DNA of 64,000 nucleotides, from contig NC_135658.1 of NCBI RefSeq assembly GCF_964188315.1, positions 63,426,001 through 63,490,000 of the forward strand, in the 5' to 3' direction. Shown in pieces: positions 39,601-52,415 of the stretch (within the stretch, counting starts at the first letter, position 1; each line of letters begins with the position of its first letter). This DNA comes from Podarcis muralis (Eukaryota). Under the pieces are notes generated by a model, which did not search any database, was not told where the DNA came from, and saw nothing but the letters and a program-made list of their open reading frames with translations. A program made the position numbers and the translations under genes.

Positions 39601-41773
39601 CAATCCAGTAAGAAATGTGAAATAAAATTAATGAAAAAGAAGAAGGGGGGGGGGACTGTACAAAAAGCAATTCTGTGAACACAGCTATTACTTCATAAGG
39701 TAAGATTCATTCTCAAGGGACTACAGAGTGAATTAGATGTTACCACAAAAATGACAAATGTTATGAATATCAGATGAAGCCATATTTCATGGAGACTAGC
39801 CATCACAGTGATTGGTCTGTCACATAAGTAACAAATGGTAATAAAATTGAGGCAAAAAACAAAAGTTTAGCGGCTCCCCCATAATGTCCTTAATTTATAA
39901 GTCAATTTTGCATAAGTGAAAATTGAACCAAATAATTAAAGAAAAAACCAAAGCCCTGTGATACAGTCAAACAAGCAACTACTAATAGAAAAAATTATAG
40001 GTGGTTTACATATTAAGTCCATATTCAACCAGGCGGCCAAGTGGAGACTTGAACCCTGGTCTCCCAGGTCCTAATGCAATGCTCCAACCACTATACCACA
40101 GTGATAGAAACCAGGAGCAGCCAATGGGAACAGCTGCACCACAGACTTGGCGTCCCTGCAATGACATCACTACCATGCAATGAGATGGTACAGGGCAGGT
40201 AGGTTTGGATGTACCTGAACCACCCTGACTTCACCCAGACCACTTTAACCCCCAGCTTGTCCTAGTAAAGGGCAGCAGTGCTGCTGCCAGGCCAGGCCTG
40301 TGGTCCCTCCTGATGGGAAATGGCAGCTCACATTATGATGCATCTCAAAAGTGAAATGCCATCTTGGGTCACCTGTGACTGCATGCCATCTGAGAAGTGG
40401 AAAGCAATTGGGGCAGGGTACTGGGATGCAGTTGGTGGGTCCTTCAGCCATCTTGAGTTAGCATTCAAAATCCTGGGTAAGCACACAAAAAATTAAACTT
40501 TCTACCAGACTGCTAGAAAAATCTAGCTAGGCCCCTTTCATTCACCAGAACTTCAAAAATAGCTGCCATGTACTACCTTCACTTAGCTGTCACAAACAGT
40601 TATTGAATTGAGCCAAAAAAGCCCATTTATAATTCATCAATTAAAAATAGTGATTCTTGTACAGATTTTGTCTTTTAACATATCACAAAATCCTGACATT
40701 TTTGCTGAAAGTCTGTCACAGGGAGTAATTTGTTTCTAATGATCTGACTTATTATAAAAAACAAATGAAATGAAATTCAGTTTATTTGTCATGCACATAA
40801 CACACTAGAATGACTAACATTTTGTGCTGTCTTTTAGAATAATGTTTTTCATCTTCAGTGGGATCTATTATATTGTACCTAATAAAGAAAAGTGAGAAAT
40901 ATTAAGTCAGAGAATCTATACATATATTTAAAAGCAAACCTATTCTAATTTCATGAGCTGATCTCACAGTTTTTGCTGGCTTTAATAGGGTCTACACGGA
41001 TGTTACAAAGCGATGCCTCTCAAAGTATGAGGCAAGCTTCTCCAAAGAGACACAAGTAGCTAGCTGTTAGGGAGATATAAAAGGAAATGGCAAACTAATT
41101 TTCAAATTGGAAAACTGCTATATTTCATCTGTATGAAGTATATGGAGCCCTGGCAGATAAAAGTGTGTGTGTGACTGCTCAGTTCTAAGAATTCTGCTTA
41201 TGTTGCACATACCGTTCATATTTGCTCCGTAGGTGGCAATAAATTCTGACTCAAGTCTTTTATAAAACATGTTAGTGGAATGTGCTTCGAAAACACAGAG
41301 ATTGAGCAATGCCTAGAATGAAGACACAAGACGTATATTTGATTCCAAAGCTCACAACCTTATTAATTACTCCACAGAGGATCTGTAGTGATCAATTCAA
41401 ACTCAACATGACTACCTGCAGACAACTTACTATACACCTGAGGAGATACAGGGGAAATCCCCGTATCTCCTCAAGTGAGCAATGCCACCCTGGTTGAAGT
41501 TGCCACACCTGTATCATGCCTGAGGTGGGTCTCACACTGCCATCGTGTCCTAAAGGTGAGCAGAGGGGGCTACTGTAAATCATCTCCACCCTATTGGTCA
41601 GCATCCAAGACCCAAGAGCACGATGTGAAGTTGGTTGCTCATGGGCACTTTACCACAAGGTGTCTCCAAGTGCTCATCAGATCTATGGTGTCATCTGCCC
41701 TGAGTTGTGACAATAAAGCAAATTGGCCAAATTAAAATCACCCAGACTGAAATAACAGGAGTATGGACTAGAC

Positions 41774-41959
41774 CAGGGGTAGCCACCCTTTTAATACCTA
41801 CCTCCCACTAATGCATCTTTCTTGATGGTAAAAATTCCTTACTGCCCACCAGTGCTCGATGGAAGAAGCATTCAGCTTCTACTGTAGAACCCCCTACTGC
41901 CCACCTAGAATCCTGAAACACTCACTAGTGGGCGGTAGAGACCAGGTTGTCAACCCCTG
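41774..41959. mobile_element. hAT (Charlie-like) MITE
   Basis: CAGGGGT...ACCCCTG termini; 8-bp TSD GACTAGAC/GTCTAGAC, matching the NTCTAGAN target preference of Charlie elements. Confidence 0.85.
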
Positions 41960-42128
41960 GTCTAGACAAAATAGGATGACCCAAAACCAATTGTGGGACA
42001 CCTATTCACCTGCTCCACCTAAAATGGGCAACCAGTTAATTCCATATTATAAATGGGAGAGGCCTTCCACGCTGAAATAAAGAGACCAACTTAAAGAGGG
42101 CTGTGTAGGCCCCCAATCTGATTAAATA

Positions 42129-42389
42129 CGGTCATACCTTGGGTTACAGATGCTTCAGGTTGCGTTTCTTCGGGTTATGGACGTGCTGAAACCCAGAAGT
42201 ACCGGAACGGGTTACTTCCAGGTTTCGGCAGTCATGAATGCACAGAAGCACTAAATCACACTTTGTGCATGCGCAGAAGCACCAAATCGCAACCCATGCG
42301 TGTGCAGATGCAACGCTGCAGGTTGCGAAAGCTGCAGGTTGCGAATGTGCCTCCCGCACGGATCACATTCACAACCCGAGCGTCCACTG
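42129..42389. mobile_element. Tc1/mariner (pogo/Tigger-like) MITE
   Basis: TA on both flanks; imperfect TIRs related to 49506-49745; internal gcttcaggttg / ctgcaggttgcgaa subrepeats. Confidence 0.7.
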
Positions 42390-43410
42390 TAATCCCCCAC
42401 AACAATTCAAAATACAATTTAGAGAGATGTAAAATATACAGAGCCACTTTATTTTTTATTTTTAAAAAAAACCCTTAAAATAGCCAGCACATAAGCAACG
42501 ATCAGCCAGGCATAATGTTAGACACACTAGAAGCAAAATAAAAATAGCAGCACTATTTTCATAAGTGCTTTATGTAGTCCTACCAAATATAACTATATAA
42601 AAATGATTTGCTAAATCAATGATTTGTACATCTACCAAATACCATCCATAAAATTATGCAGGATATAAGCAGCTGGTAAAAATGTATGGCAGGAACAGAA
42701 TGATAAGCTGGCCTAGGAGTTCATGATAAATTTGCTGTTTTATATATAGCACAGTAACCGTCCTCTTTATCTCCACAGTGAACAAAGACATATGTAAAAG
42801 TGGCTTCACTGCAGCTACAGTTTACAATTCCATCTTGTTGCTTATTAAACTTACTACCTTAGTGACTGCCTTCTAGGTGACAATGTTTGGGAATTCATAA
42901 CTCTCAGGGGTCACAGAGGGTCTCAAATGGGTTTAAATGTGTAATAACTGAGAAGCAAGTGTTGTGTGTTGCTAAAAGGATGATTATTCCTGGTTGGATG
43001 CAGTATAAAAAGGATGCAGTTTTGTTGGTTGGTAGATTTCCCTACCTGTCCAATGTATGTTTAGTTCCTAATTTTCTTTTTGTTCTGTGAACTGCCCTGA
43101 GACCCTTGGGTATAGGGCGGAATATAATATAATTTAAATAAATAAATAAATAAAATAATGTCAGCGCTACCTATTTGTCTCTGAATTAGATACTGGAGCC
43201 CAATGTCTTGACCCACTGCCATGATGTGTGTTGATTGGCTCACTTACCTGAGTCATGTACACTGAGTCATGTCACTGAGCTATTTCTCAAGGCACCTTGA
43301 TGCAGCTTGGTGCCTGTGGTTGCCACCTTTTGTCTGCCAAGGCTCCTCCACTGATGCATAACAGACAAAGCTTCAAAGGGGCTGAGATGAAACATTAAGA
43401 AACACTTCTC

Positions 43411-43520
43411 TTTATCTCAGAGTCATGGGTTCAAGTCCCACATGGAGCAAAAGATTTCTGCATTGCAGGGGGTTGGATTAGATGACCCTCCTTTCCATCT
43501 CTACAATTCTATGATTCTAT
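43411..43520 (+). mobile_element. Truncated tRNA-head SINE with CR1-derived tail (Squam2-like)
   Basis: B-box-like gggttcaagtccc followed by ctgcattgcagggggttggattagatgaccc...attctatgattcta. Confidence 0.7.
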
Positions 43521-44233
43521 CAGTACCCTTCCCAGTGCTTCAAAAATGGAACAGATTGCTTTGGAAGGTGGCAGACTTCACTTTGATTGGTGCATTAATA
43601 TGAAGCATAAAGATGTTTCTGTTTGCAATGAACTGCTGGTTTTCAATAGCTGGGCAATGGTTACTATTTGCTTCTGCCTTGCTGAAAGCTATGCTCCTTT
43701 ATCACCTAATAGATGGCTATATTTCTCTGGGATATTTTCTACAAAGCTGTGAATATTAGCTTCTTCAACTTGTCCCCTCAGAACCTCCTTTGCCCCCTTT
43801 CCTTGATCCAAATATGGGTGTTTTTTCTGGTGCTGCCACTGATGACACATTGTATTAACAACCCTCAAATTGCAGAAAATTTCTAATGTCCTCTTTACAC
43901 CATCACAGTAAGCCATATTCTAAAATAAAATATTGTTTATTGTGAATGAACAACATGCTGGAACAAGCTGCTGAATTGTGCCTGCTTTGCGCCTCCCCTT
44001 CCTAAGCCAGAAAACAGACCACGGAGAGGCTGTCTTAGTGTGACATGTGAACCAGCACTTGTGGTTTGTTTTTGGAATCAGTTCATGGTTTATTTAGAAA
44101 GTAACAAACCAGAAGTGCTGATTCACACAAGTGCTGACTAGTGTCAAGCCAGCAGCTCTGCGGTTTGTTGCCTATCATATGAGGAGGGGTGCAAAGCAGA
44201 AGTAATTGACCACAGGAAAATATAGTCTTACTG

Positions 44234-44444
44234 TAGGGTTGCCAGATTTGAGCTTTTTTAAAGGAAACCACCAAAATTGTTGAGCTTCTTTTTAGGAAAC
44301 CCCCAAAATTGTTGCACCAAAAAAACCCTGACTTGCCTAAGATCCAGGACAAAGTGCCACTTTTCAGAAATTCACCCCAGACATCAATTCCACCTTTTAA
44401 ATCCTAGTAATATCTGGAAAAAAATCAGACATATTGCAGCCCTA
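44234..44444. mobile_element. Non-autonomous DNA transposon (hAT-like MITE), 7-bp TSD
   Basis: TAGGGTTGCCAGAT left end, decayed ATATTGCAGCCCTA right end; CTTACTG at 44227-44233 and 44445-44451. Confidence 0.75.
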
Positions 44445-45984
44445 CTTACTGTGACATGTAACATGAGCGTCTTCATCCCCATCATTCAGCCCGGACACTG
44501 AGGGCCAGGTTTCAAAATCCTTCTGGCCTTCAGTTCCTTTTACCTGAGTGATCTGTTACTCTAATGCAAACTTTGTATCAGTTACTACTCTAGCAACTGG
44601 GTAGAATCTCCACATGTATACTGCACCCAGAAACTGGATTAAGGCAGGCATCCTACTAGCTTCCACTGGGCCTGCCCAGACACAGACTCTCCACACAGTT
44701 CCTCACTCACTTTGCAAGGCCTATAATTATATTCATGGTTTCCAGGTTCTATCCTCCTATGAACATTAGGAATCTCATCTTTTTTCATGAAATCCATAGC
44801 ATTTATTGACAGCTGAGGAGTCAGGAAAGTGACAGGTTCCCAAGGTTGGGATTTTCAAAAGGCTTCCTTTCCCTCAGCTTTCATGGTATTTTAATTTTTC
44901 ATGGCTATTGAGTAGTAAGTGCTTTGTTGGTTAGGTATGTTTGCTCTCCGCTTATACAAAAGGAAAATATCAACACCAGAGTCTGTCACAATGTGTAGAT
45001 TAGAACATTGTACTTTCCACCCTTCCCCAGTGGAGCTGTAAGCTCATCTGTAATTCACTATGCGGATCCTACTTAATGTCTAGCTTGTTTACTTTCCCGA
45101 TATCTTCCCCCACATGAATTGCTTTGCTTTATTCTAAGCTGAATATCATTTTATTCTTGCCTTCAACAAAACTCCAGTTTGTAGCTCCCCTGTTTCTTTC
45201 TAGAGTATGCTTTCTTGATTTATTCACATGTGTGGATTTGACAAATGTTATTCACATTCTGAGAATCACTGAGCTGCTGGTAAAGTCTTTGGAAAGATAC
45301 AAGAGATACAAAATGGATAATGTGGCATCTTTTACTTGGATGTAAGGCTACATAAGCTTGGAGGCTACTCCTGCAGGAAGAGAGGGAAAGGAAGGGAAAA
45401 TTCCAGCTATATAAAACATGGGTAGAAAGTAAAAATACTAATGGAATTTTACATTGCTGACCTAATCACCAGTGCTGTGACTCTTCAACGTGAACTAAAA
45501 ATACTACAAGAATTTTTTCTGCCATCATTAGGCTTGTTACAGTAATCCTCATTCTTATTCAAGCTGCGCTCATAAAGACAGCAAGATTTGTACCCCAATC
45601 TGTTTCCGAAAGCATGTTGTTCAATCAATGAGCCAAGCAATAATGTCTTGGTAAATACAGTACATATAACAAAATTCTAATGACTTCAGACCCTGTACAC
45701 ATAGATATAGACTTGGCTCTAGACTTAAGTCATGATTATGTTAATGATGACTAACAAGTCTCATTCATTTCAGTGGGTGTATTCCAAGCATGACTGAGTC
45801 TGGCTCCAAACTATAGATGTTTATATCCTGTCCTACTCTGCATGTTCCAGACAGGTTATAACGCACATGCTCAGTGTGTTTAGACTTTATGAATAGCAGC
45901 ATGGGTAAGGCTTGCCTTTATAATCATGCTTTTCTTGCATGCACTGAGACTACACACATTTTTAACATAAGTACAGAACTAATT

Positions 45985-46340
45985 GGACGCGGGTGGCGCT
46001 GTGGGTTAAACCACAGAGCCTAGGACTTGCCGATCAGAAGGTTGGCGGTTTGAATCCCCACAATGGGGTGAGCTCCCGTTGCACGGTCCCTGCTCCTGCC
46101 AACCTAGCAGTTCGAAAGCATGTCCAAGTGCAAGTAGATAAATAGGTACCGCTCCAGCGGGAAGGTAAACGGCGTTTCCGTGCACTGCTCTGGTTCGCCA
46201 GAAGCGGCTTAGTCATGCTGGCCACGTGACCCGGAAGCTGTACGCCGGCTCCCTCGGCCAGTAAAGCGAGATGAGCACCGCAACCCCAGAGTCGGTCACG
46301 ACTGGACCTAATGGTCAGGGGTCCCTTTACCTTTACCTTT
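45985..46340 (+). mobile_element. Full-length Sauria SINE
   Basis: tRNA-like head (ggtggcgctgtgggttaaa...ggtttgaatccc), body, Bov-B-like 3' end, (ACCTTT)n tail; TSD TACAGAAC(T/C)AAT at 45972-45983 and 46342-46353. Confidence 0.92.
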
Positions 46341-47129
46341 TTACAGAACCAATGTAAAAAGAGAACCAGTAAATAGAGAATAAGTAAACTGTTCAGTTTT
46401 CATATTATAACAAAATAGAACACATCTATACAGACATGAAGGAATAACCCACTTCCCTCCACTCATGAAAATAAGATTCAAAGGGTAAGTAAATATACCC
46501 CACAGCGGTTGGTCGTGTGAATCTGTGGATGCATATAGAATCATTTTCAGATACTGTACATGGGTTATAACCCAACACATTTCCATGGAGTCATTTTTCC
46601 TTTGCATTTTCCCTTTCCATTTAGTGCTTTGAGTTGTCTGGTTAGCTTTTCCATAACAGCCCTTGGCCAAACCTTCTGTTTCCAAACAGTCGATTGTAAA
46701 TTATCCAAACCTTTCAAGTTTTGAGCAATCAATTGTTGAGCTGGGATATGATCAATTCTTTGTGGGAAAGGTTCCTGTGTGCATCCTTGAAGATCATTAA
46801 TGAAGCCAGTGTGGAATACATTTACAGTCTGTTTTGTGATCAGACATATTTCCTGAAATACTGCTGCCTACATATGTTTTCATGTATTCAAATGAACACA
46901 CTGCAATGCAGAATCAATCCAGAATGAGCTTTTATTTTCCGGATGAAACTAAAAACTCAAAAAGTGCATTTCAGAAGCAAAAAATAAATAAATGCAAATC
47001 TAGATTGTGTGTGGACTAAGTAGAAAAAGCAAGTACTCAGTCACCATTGATTTTATAATAACATGTGTGCATGTAGCTTTTACCTCAGATAATCATGACA
47101 CATTAGGAAAAACTTTCTCATACTAAAAG

Positions 47130-47695
47130 CTGTTTGACCACCTTGGAAGGTGGTGGAATCTCCTTCATTGGAGATTTTAAAGCAGAGGTTGGGTGACCAT
47201 CTGTTAGGAATTGTTTAGTTGTGATTTCTGCATTGCAGGGGGGTGAACTAGATTACCCTTCACCAAAGGCAGATTTAGGAGAGCTCAGCTGGTTCGCCTA
47301 CACTTAGAAGAAGAAGAAGAAGAAGAGTTTGGATTTGATATCCTGCCTTTCACTCCCTTTTAAGGAGTCTCAAAGCGGCTAACATTCTCCTTTCCCTTCC
47401 TCCCCCACAACAAACACTCTGTGAGGTGAGTGGGGCTGAGAGACTTCAACGAAGTGTGACTGGCCCAAGGTCACCCAGCAGCTGCATGTGGAGGAGCAGA
47501 GACGCGAACCCGGTTCCCCAGATTACGAGACTACCGCTCTTAACCACTACACCATACTGGCTTCCTTAGAAAGGAAGGAGAGTGGCAGGGCGCACCAAAT
47601 GTTGGTGTTGCACAGGGCGCCACTGAAATTTGAAAGTCCGAAGTCTGCCACTGCCTTAGGGTCCATTCCAGCTCTACAATTCTATGATTCTATTA
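47130..47695 (+). mobile_element. CR1 3' end split by a nested MITE that itself holds a SINE
   Basis: CR1 3' UTR stops at ...gattaccctt (47260) and resumes at agggtcc...attctatgattcta (47657-47695). Confidence 0.75.
47310..47564 (-). mobile_element. Full-length tRNA-derived SINE (Squam3-like)
   Basis: Minus-strand head gccagtatggtgtagtggttaagagcgg (A-box) and gggttcgcgtct (B-box-like); (TTC)n tail; TSD CTTAGAA at 47303-47309 and 47565-47571. Confidence 0.9.
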
Positions 47696-47927
47696 TTCAA
47701 AGAGTGCCAGATGCCTAATACCTAACATAGTTTCAGGGTTTCTTCTTCCTCTGTTCTTTTTTCCCATCTACTGTTACAAATACCTATACCTATATCTATA
47801 TATCTCCTACACTTCAGACATTTTTATGCCACTTTCTTGGCAGGACTTCTTGATATAATGTGAACCATGAGTTAAATTACACAGTGCTTGGTCTCATGTC
47901 TTGAGGAGCACATGCCCCATGTCTGGG

Positions 47928-48345
47928 TGTTGTAAGATGCACTGGGTACCACAGCAACAGAGCAGAGGTTGAGTGTATGCTGAGTCATTCACCCTCCCAT
48001 TGGTTCAGGAATGTAGAGATGGGTACGTGTCCTGTCCTGTCCTGTTTGCTGTCAGGGTCTGACTCTGAATCTGTGAGAGTCAGCGGAAGGGGCTGTGGGT
48101 TTTAGACAGCAGTGTTAGCTGGCATGGTGATAGTGTCGGTGGATCTGTACATATGTATGTTTGCTTCAGGGACCAGAAGACCTGTATATAGACTTGTAAT
48201 GGCATAAGGCAGGATCAGTATAGTAAATGTGGTGGGGCATAAGGGGCCTGGGCGAAGGATTAACTATGGCATGTCCTAAGCTCAGGTTGGGGCCTCTGCC
48301 TGGATGGTATCTCTCACCCTGGTCACCCTGGCCTGCATCACAACA
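47928..48345 (-). mobile_element. Probable solo LTR
   Basis: Termini TGTTGT(AA)GATGCA inverted at both ends; TATATA on the minus strand near 48187; no clean TSD, so uncertain. Confidence 0.5.
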
Positions 48346-49505
48346 GGGATCAGTGCTGAACAGCTCCCAAGGAGGGGGCTGTGGTGTTTCCCAATACAGC
48401 AAAGAGCCATTCCACCAGCAAGGGCTGGGTGGAATGATAAACGGATCCTTTTCCTACTGCTGTGCCAACCCCACCTGCCTCTAAGATTTGGCCTGTTTTC
48501 CATCCAACACCTGTTGTTCTGTGTCAGTTATTCCACCACTCATATGCCACTCTTTCCCTGGGCAAAGGGATTTCATGGCTAGCCCCTATTTTTATATTTG
48601 GGAAACTCCTAAAAATCTACCTCCAAAGTTGACATTTTCTTCCATTAGGTTTCTAGGCAAGGTGGGATTTTCTGGGAAGTTTCAATGAGATTCCTGTTGC
48701 CATTTAAACATTTCTCCAGTATGACATAAATAAATTTCTTCAGCATTTGAGAAAGAAGTGTCAGGGTTGCATTTTTCATCTGGATAGCTATTGAGAAAAC
48801 CTTGAGGCACTGATATCTCAAATGTAGCATGGAAACAATTCAGAGGAAGCAGATGCTCACTGCCTACAATTGAATATTGACATGCCTGATTTGTGTGCTC
48901 ATCGGAAGGAAGATCAAGCTCCAAATGTATATTGGTTATACACCAGTTTAACTGCCATGGCTTCCCAAAAAGAATCCTGCTAATTGTAATTTGAGGAAAA
49001 GGCTGAGACCTTTTTGTTGGTGATCCAACATTCCCTGGGGACAAAGTGTGACTTTTAAGCCACTTGGGCTGCATTGAACTCAACAGGACTTACTTCTGAG
49101 TAGACAGATACAGGAATGTGTACTGTCACAGTGCAATGCAATCCAGAAGTAAGCTTCATTTAGTTCAAAGAGACTTATTCCCAGGTAAGTATATATGGGA
49201 CTTGTAGCCATAAATAGTGCCATAGTTGCATTGCTGCTTAAATCCTTCTCCTGCTTCTCATAAAATGTAAGGTTCTTGTATACTAATAAAATGCACTGGT
49301 GTTTCTGCCAACCTCTTTACATAATTGGAAAGAGGAAAGTGTTATTATATTGGGACATGAGTTCACCTTCCTTAGTAATTGTAGCTCAACTACAGACCCA
49401 TGTTCCTTGTAACATTTTCCTTTCGTTTAAAGTTAAATCCTGGGATAACTGGTTGCACTCCCTTTCTTTTAAAAATTACCTTTCAGTCTGGCAAACAAAG
49501 GAATA

Positions 49506-49745
49506 CAGTGGTACCTCGGGTTACATACGCTTCAGGTTACATATGCTTCAGGTTACATACTCTGCTAACCCAGAAACCTCGGGTTAAGAACTTTGCTTCA
49601 GGATGAGAACAGAAATCGTGCAGTGGCGGTGGTGTGGCAGCAGCGGGAGGCCCCATTAGCTAAAGTGGTGCTTCAGGTTAAGAACAGTTTCAGGTTAAGA
49701 ACAGACCTCCGGAATGAATTACATACTTAACCCAAGGTACCACTG
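49506..49745. mobile_element. Tc1/mariner (pogo/Tigger-like) MITE, complete
   Basis: TIRs CAGTGGTACCTCGGGTTA / TAACCCAAGGTACCACTG; TA TSD at 49504-49505 and 49746-49747. Confidence 0.92.
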
Positions 49746-50819
49746 TACTGCCTAAAAAGGGATCATGTGCCAGGTCAAACTTTCAACTCCCCAAGCTTGC
49801 AGCCATGTAAAATAATGGTGGGAATGCCCTTTGGCATGCAAATTTTGGACTAATGTTTTTGAAAGAAATATCAAACAAATTTAAACAACCCATTCAAGCT
49901 ACCCCAAAGTAACTTCTGGTGTGGATGCTGGATGCAGTGAGAGGTTCTTTGACCCAGAAACAGAAGACACTGCAGGATTCAAACCTATCATATCTGGACT
50001 CTGTCTACTGCAAAGAAAACAACTTATAAATTATGTGTTTCTAAGAGTAAAAAAAGACACAGAACATTTCTGTGCTATTTGGTGGGATTTCAGTTCTTAC
50101 AAAACTCTTTTCCTGTCATAAATTGTGAAATTTGTCTTCCTGATGTCTTTTGCTACTTTTATTTTCCTACGTTATCTGCTGTCTCTTCATTTGGAAAATA
50201 TATATATAACCTTTATACTGCTCCTGTGTTTTGTTACTTTGATTATGTTTTCTTTTTTTTTTTTTTTGCTTGTCTGTACTTATGATTTTATATTAATACA
50301 AAATGCAATTAAAAATGCAAATAATACTGTAATAATGGGGTATGGCTTTTTCACTTGTAAGACTGTCAAAATCCCAGAAGGATAAATAAAAGACGATCCT
50401 GCTGTTCCATTTGCTAAAAGCACATACTGTCACTTTTATCTCATGTATTTCTTGTGTTCTTGCTGCATCGTTTGAGTTTATTAAATATCCTAGGGATAAT
50501 ACTCTTAGTACAGCTGTTACCAAGAACTAAAGAGAGATTTAACCAAAACAAAAACTAAGGGGAGAGATTATAAAAAAAACTGCTAGGCTTGTAACTTAGA
50601 AGTCAATAGATGAGGCCACAGCTTCCTCTATAAAAATAGCAGGGCTGCATAGCTTGAACATAACTGGTCTGAAGCATGGTCAAAAAAGTGCCCCATTTCC
50701 CTCAGTACATTCCATGCATATAATGAGGCCATTTTCCAACAATGGGAAAATATGGAACAGCCTGTGGTTTTGTGAATCTCTCATTTCATCTTTGCCTGTT
50801 CCATGCCCTGCAGATCTTT

Positions 50820-51287
50820 TTCTGGTGACTGGGAGAGGCCGCCTAGACCACATAACACCAGTCTTGAAAGACCTACATTGGCTCCCAGTATGTTTCCGGG
50901 CACAATTCAAAGTGTTGGTGCTGACCTTTAAAGCTCTAAATGGCCTTGGTCCAGTAAACCTGTAGGAGCATCTCCACCCTCATTGCTCAGCCTGGATACT
51001 GAGGTCCAGCTCCAAGGGCCTTCTGGTGGTTCCCTCACTGCAAGAAGCCAAGTTACAGGGAACCAGGCAGAGGGCCTTCTCGGTAGTAGCGCACGCCCTG
51101 TGGAACGCCCTCCCGCCAGATGTCAAAGAGATAAACAACTATCTGACGTTTAGAAGACATATGAAGGCAGTCCTGTTTAGGGAAGTTTTTAATGACTGAT
51201 GTTTTGATGTATTTTTAATCTCATGTTGGAAGCCGCCCAGAGTGGCTGGGGAAACCCAGTAAGATGGGTGGGGTATAAGTAATAAAT
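50820..51287 (+). mobile_element. 5'-truncated L2-type LINE (ORF C-terminus + 3' UTR)
   Basis: Encodes LDHITPVLKDLHWLPVCFRAQFKVLVLTFKALNGLGP, homologous to the C-terminus of the 10346-13330 ORF but a different subfamily. Confidence 0.9.
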
Positions 51288-51845
51288 TTCCACCTGACTT
51301 GGTGGGGTGGGGCCCTAACTGACTCCAGCTACGAAAGCTTAAGACTGCTGAAGAGGCCAGAAATTATCTTGGCTGTTTCTTAGCGCAAACCCAGGTCATC
51401 AAGCCTGAGTACCTCCAGCCATCACCCACCATGAACCACCATTGGCAGGATTGGCAGCAATAGCAGCAGATAAGCTCTATACTTTTACATGTGCATTTTA
51501 TATATTTAACTTCCTTTAGTAATATTTTATTTTGCAATGTCTAAGGAAAAAGTATTTTGTTAACTTTGTTTATGACAAGTAATCATAAACATGAAATACA
51601 ACATTAAAAATACACAACCAATTTTCACATCATTCTCAACAAGATCAGGGGTTGGACTAGATGACCCTCGTGGTCCTTTCCAACTTCTATGGTTGCATGA
51701 TAATAAAGATGCAAAAAACCAAACAGCCACAAAACAACCCAAATGACACCTCAACACAAAATTGTTGGTTCAGTGCTATTCTGTATTGTTTCCACATTGT
51801 TTTACGTCTGATAGATTGTGTACACGGCTTCTACATCCTTTATAT

Positions 51846-51913
51846 CAGTGTTTCCCAACCTTTTTTGGGCAAAGGCACACTTGTTTCATGAAAAAAATCT
51901 CGAGGCACACCAC
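51846..51913. mobile_element. hAT-type MITE left end (no right end seen)
   Basis: CAGTGTTTCCCAACC terminal motif typical of hAT MITEs. Confidence 0.6.
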
Positions 51914-52415
51914 AGCCCCGTGACATCAGCGCGCAGCGTCACGCCGGGAGGGACGCACGAAAGTGTAAGTTTCAATTCCCCCCCCCTTGCCTTCCTTCTG
52001 TGCCAACCGCCAAAAAGCCAAGAATCGCGGGACCGCCGGCGGAGGGGGGGAGGGCGAGCGGAGGCAGCGGCGAGCCCCGTTCCTCCCCATCCGCCCCATC
52101 CCGTGCAAGGAGCGCGAACAGGTATGAGAAGGGGGTCAAACCTGCGGGCCGGCGCCGGGGAACCTCCAAGCTTTGGGGGTGGGGGGGGAGGAGGCAGCAA
52201 AGCGAGGCAGGAAGGAGAGCGCGGCTTGGCTGGGTGAGCTTTGGCAGGGGCAGGGAATGAGAGCTGCGAGGCGGGCGCTGCGGACGGAGGCGCTGCCCGC
52301 CGAGCTCGCAGGCAGCCAGGCAGGCAGACGGCGAGAGCCCCGTGCTGGGCGGCCTCTCCTGGGAAGTTTCAAAGCTGTAGTTAACTTTTTTAGATTATTA
52401 TAAAAAAAAATGAAT

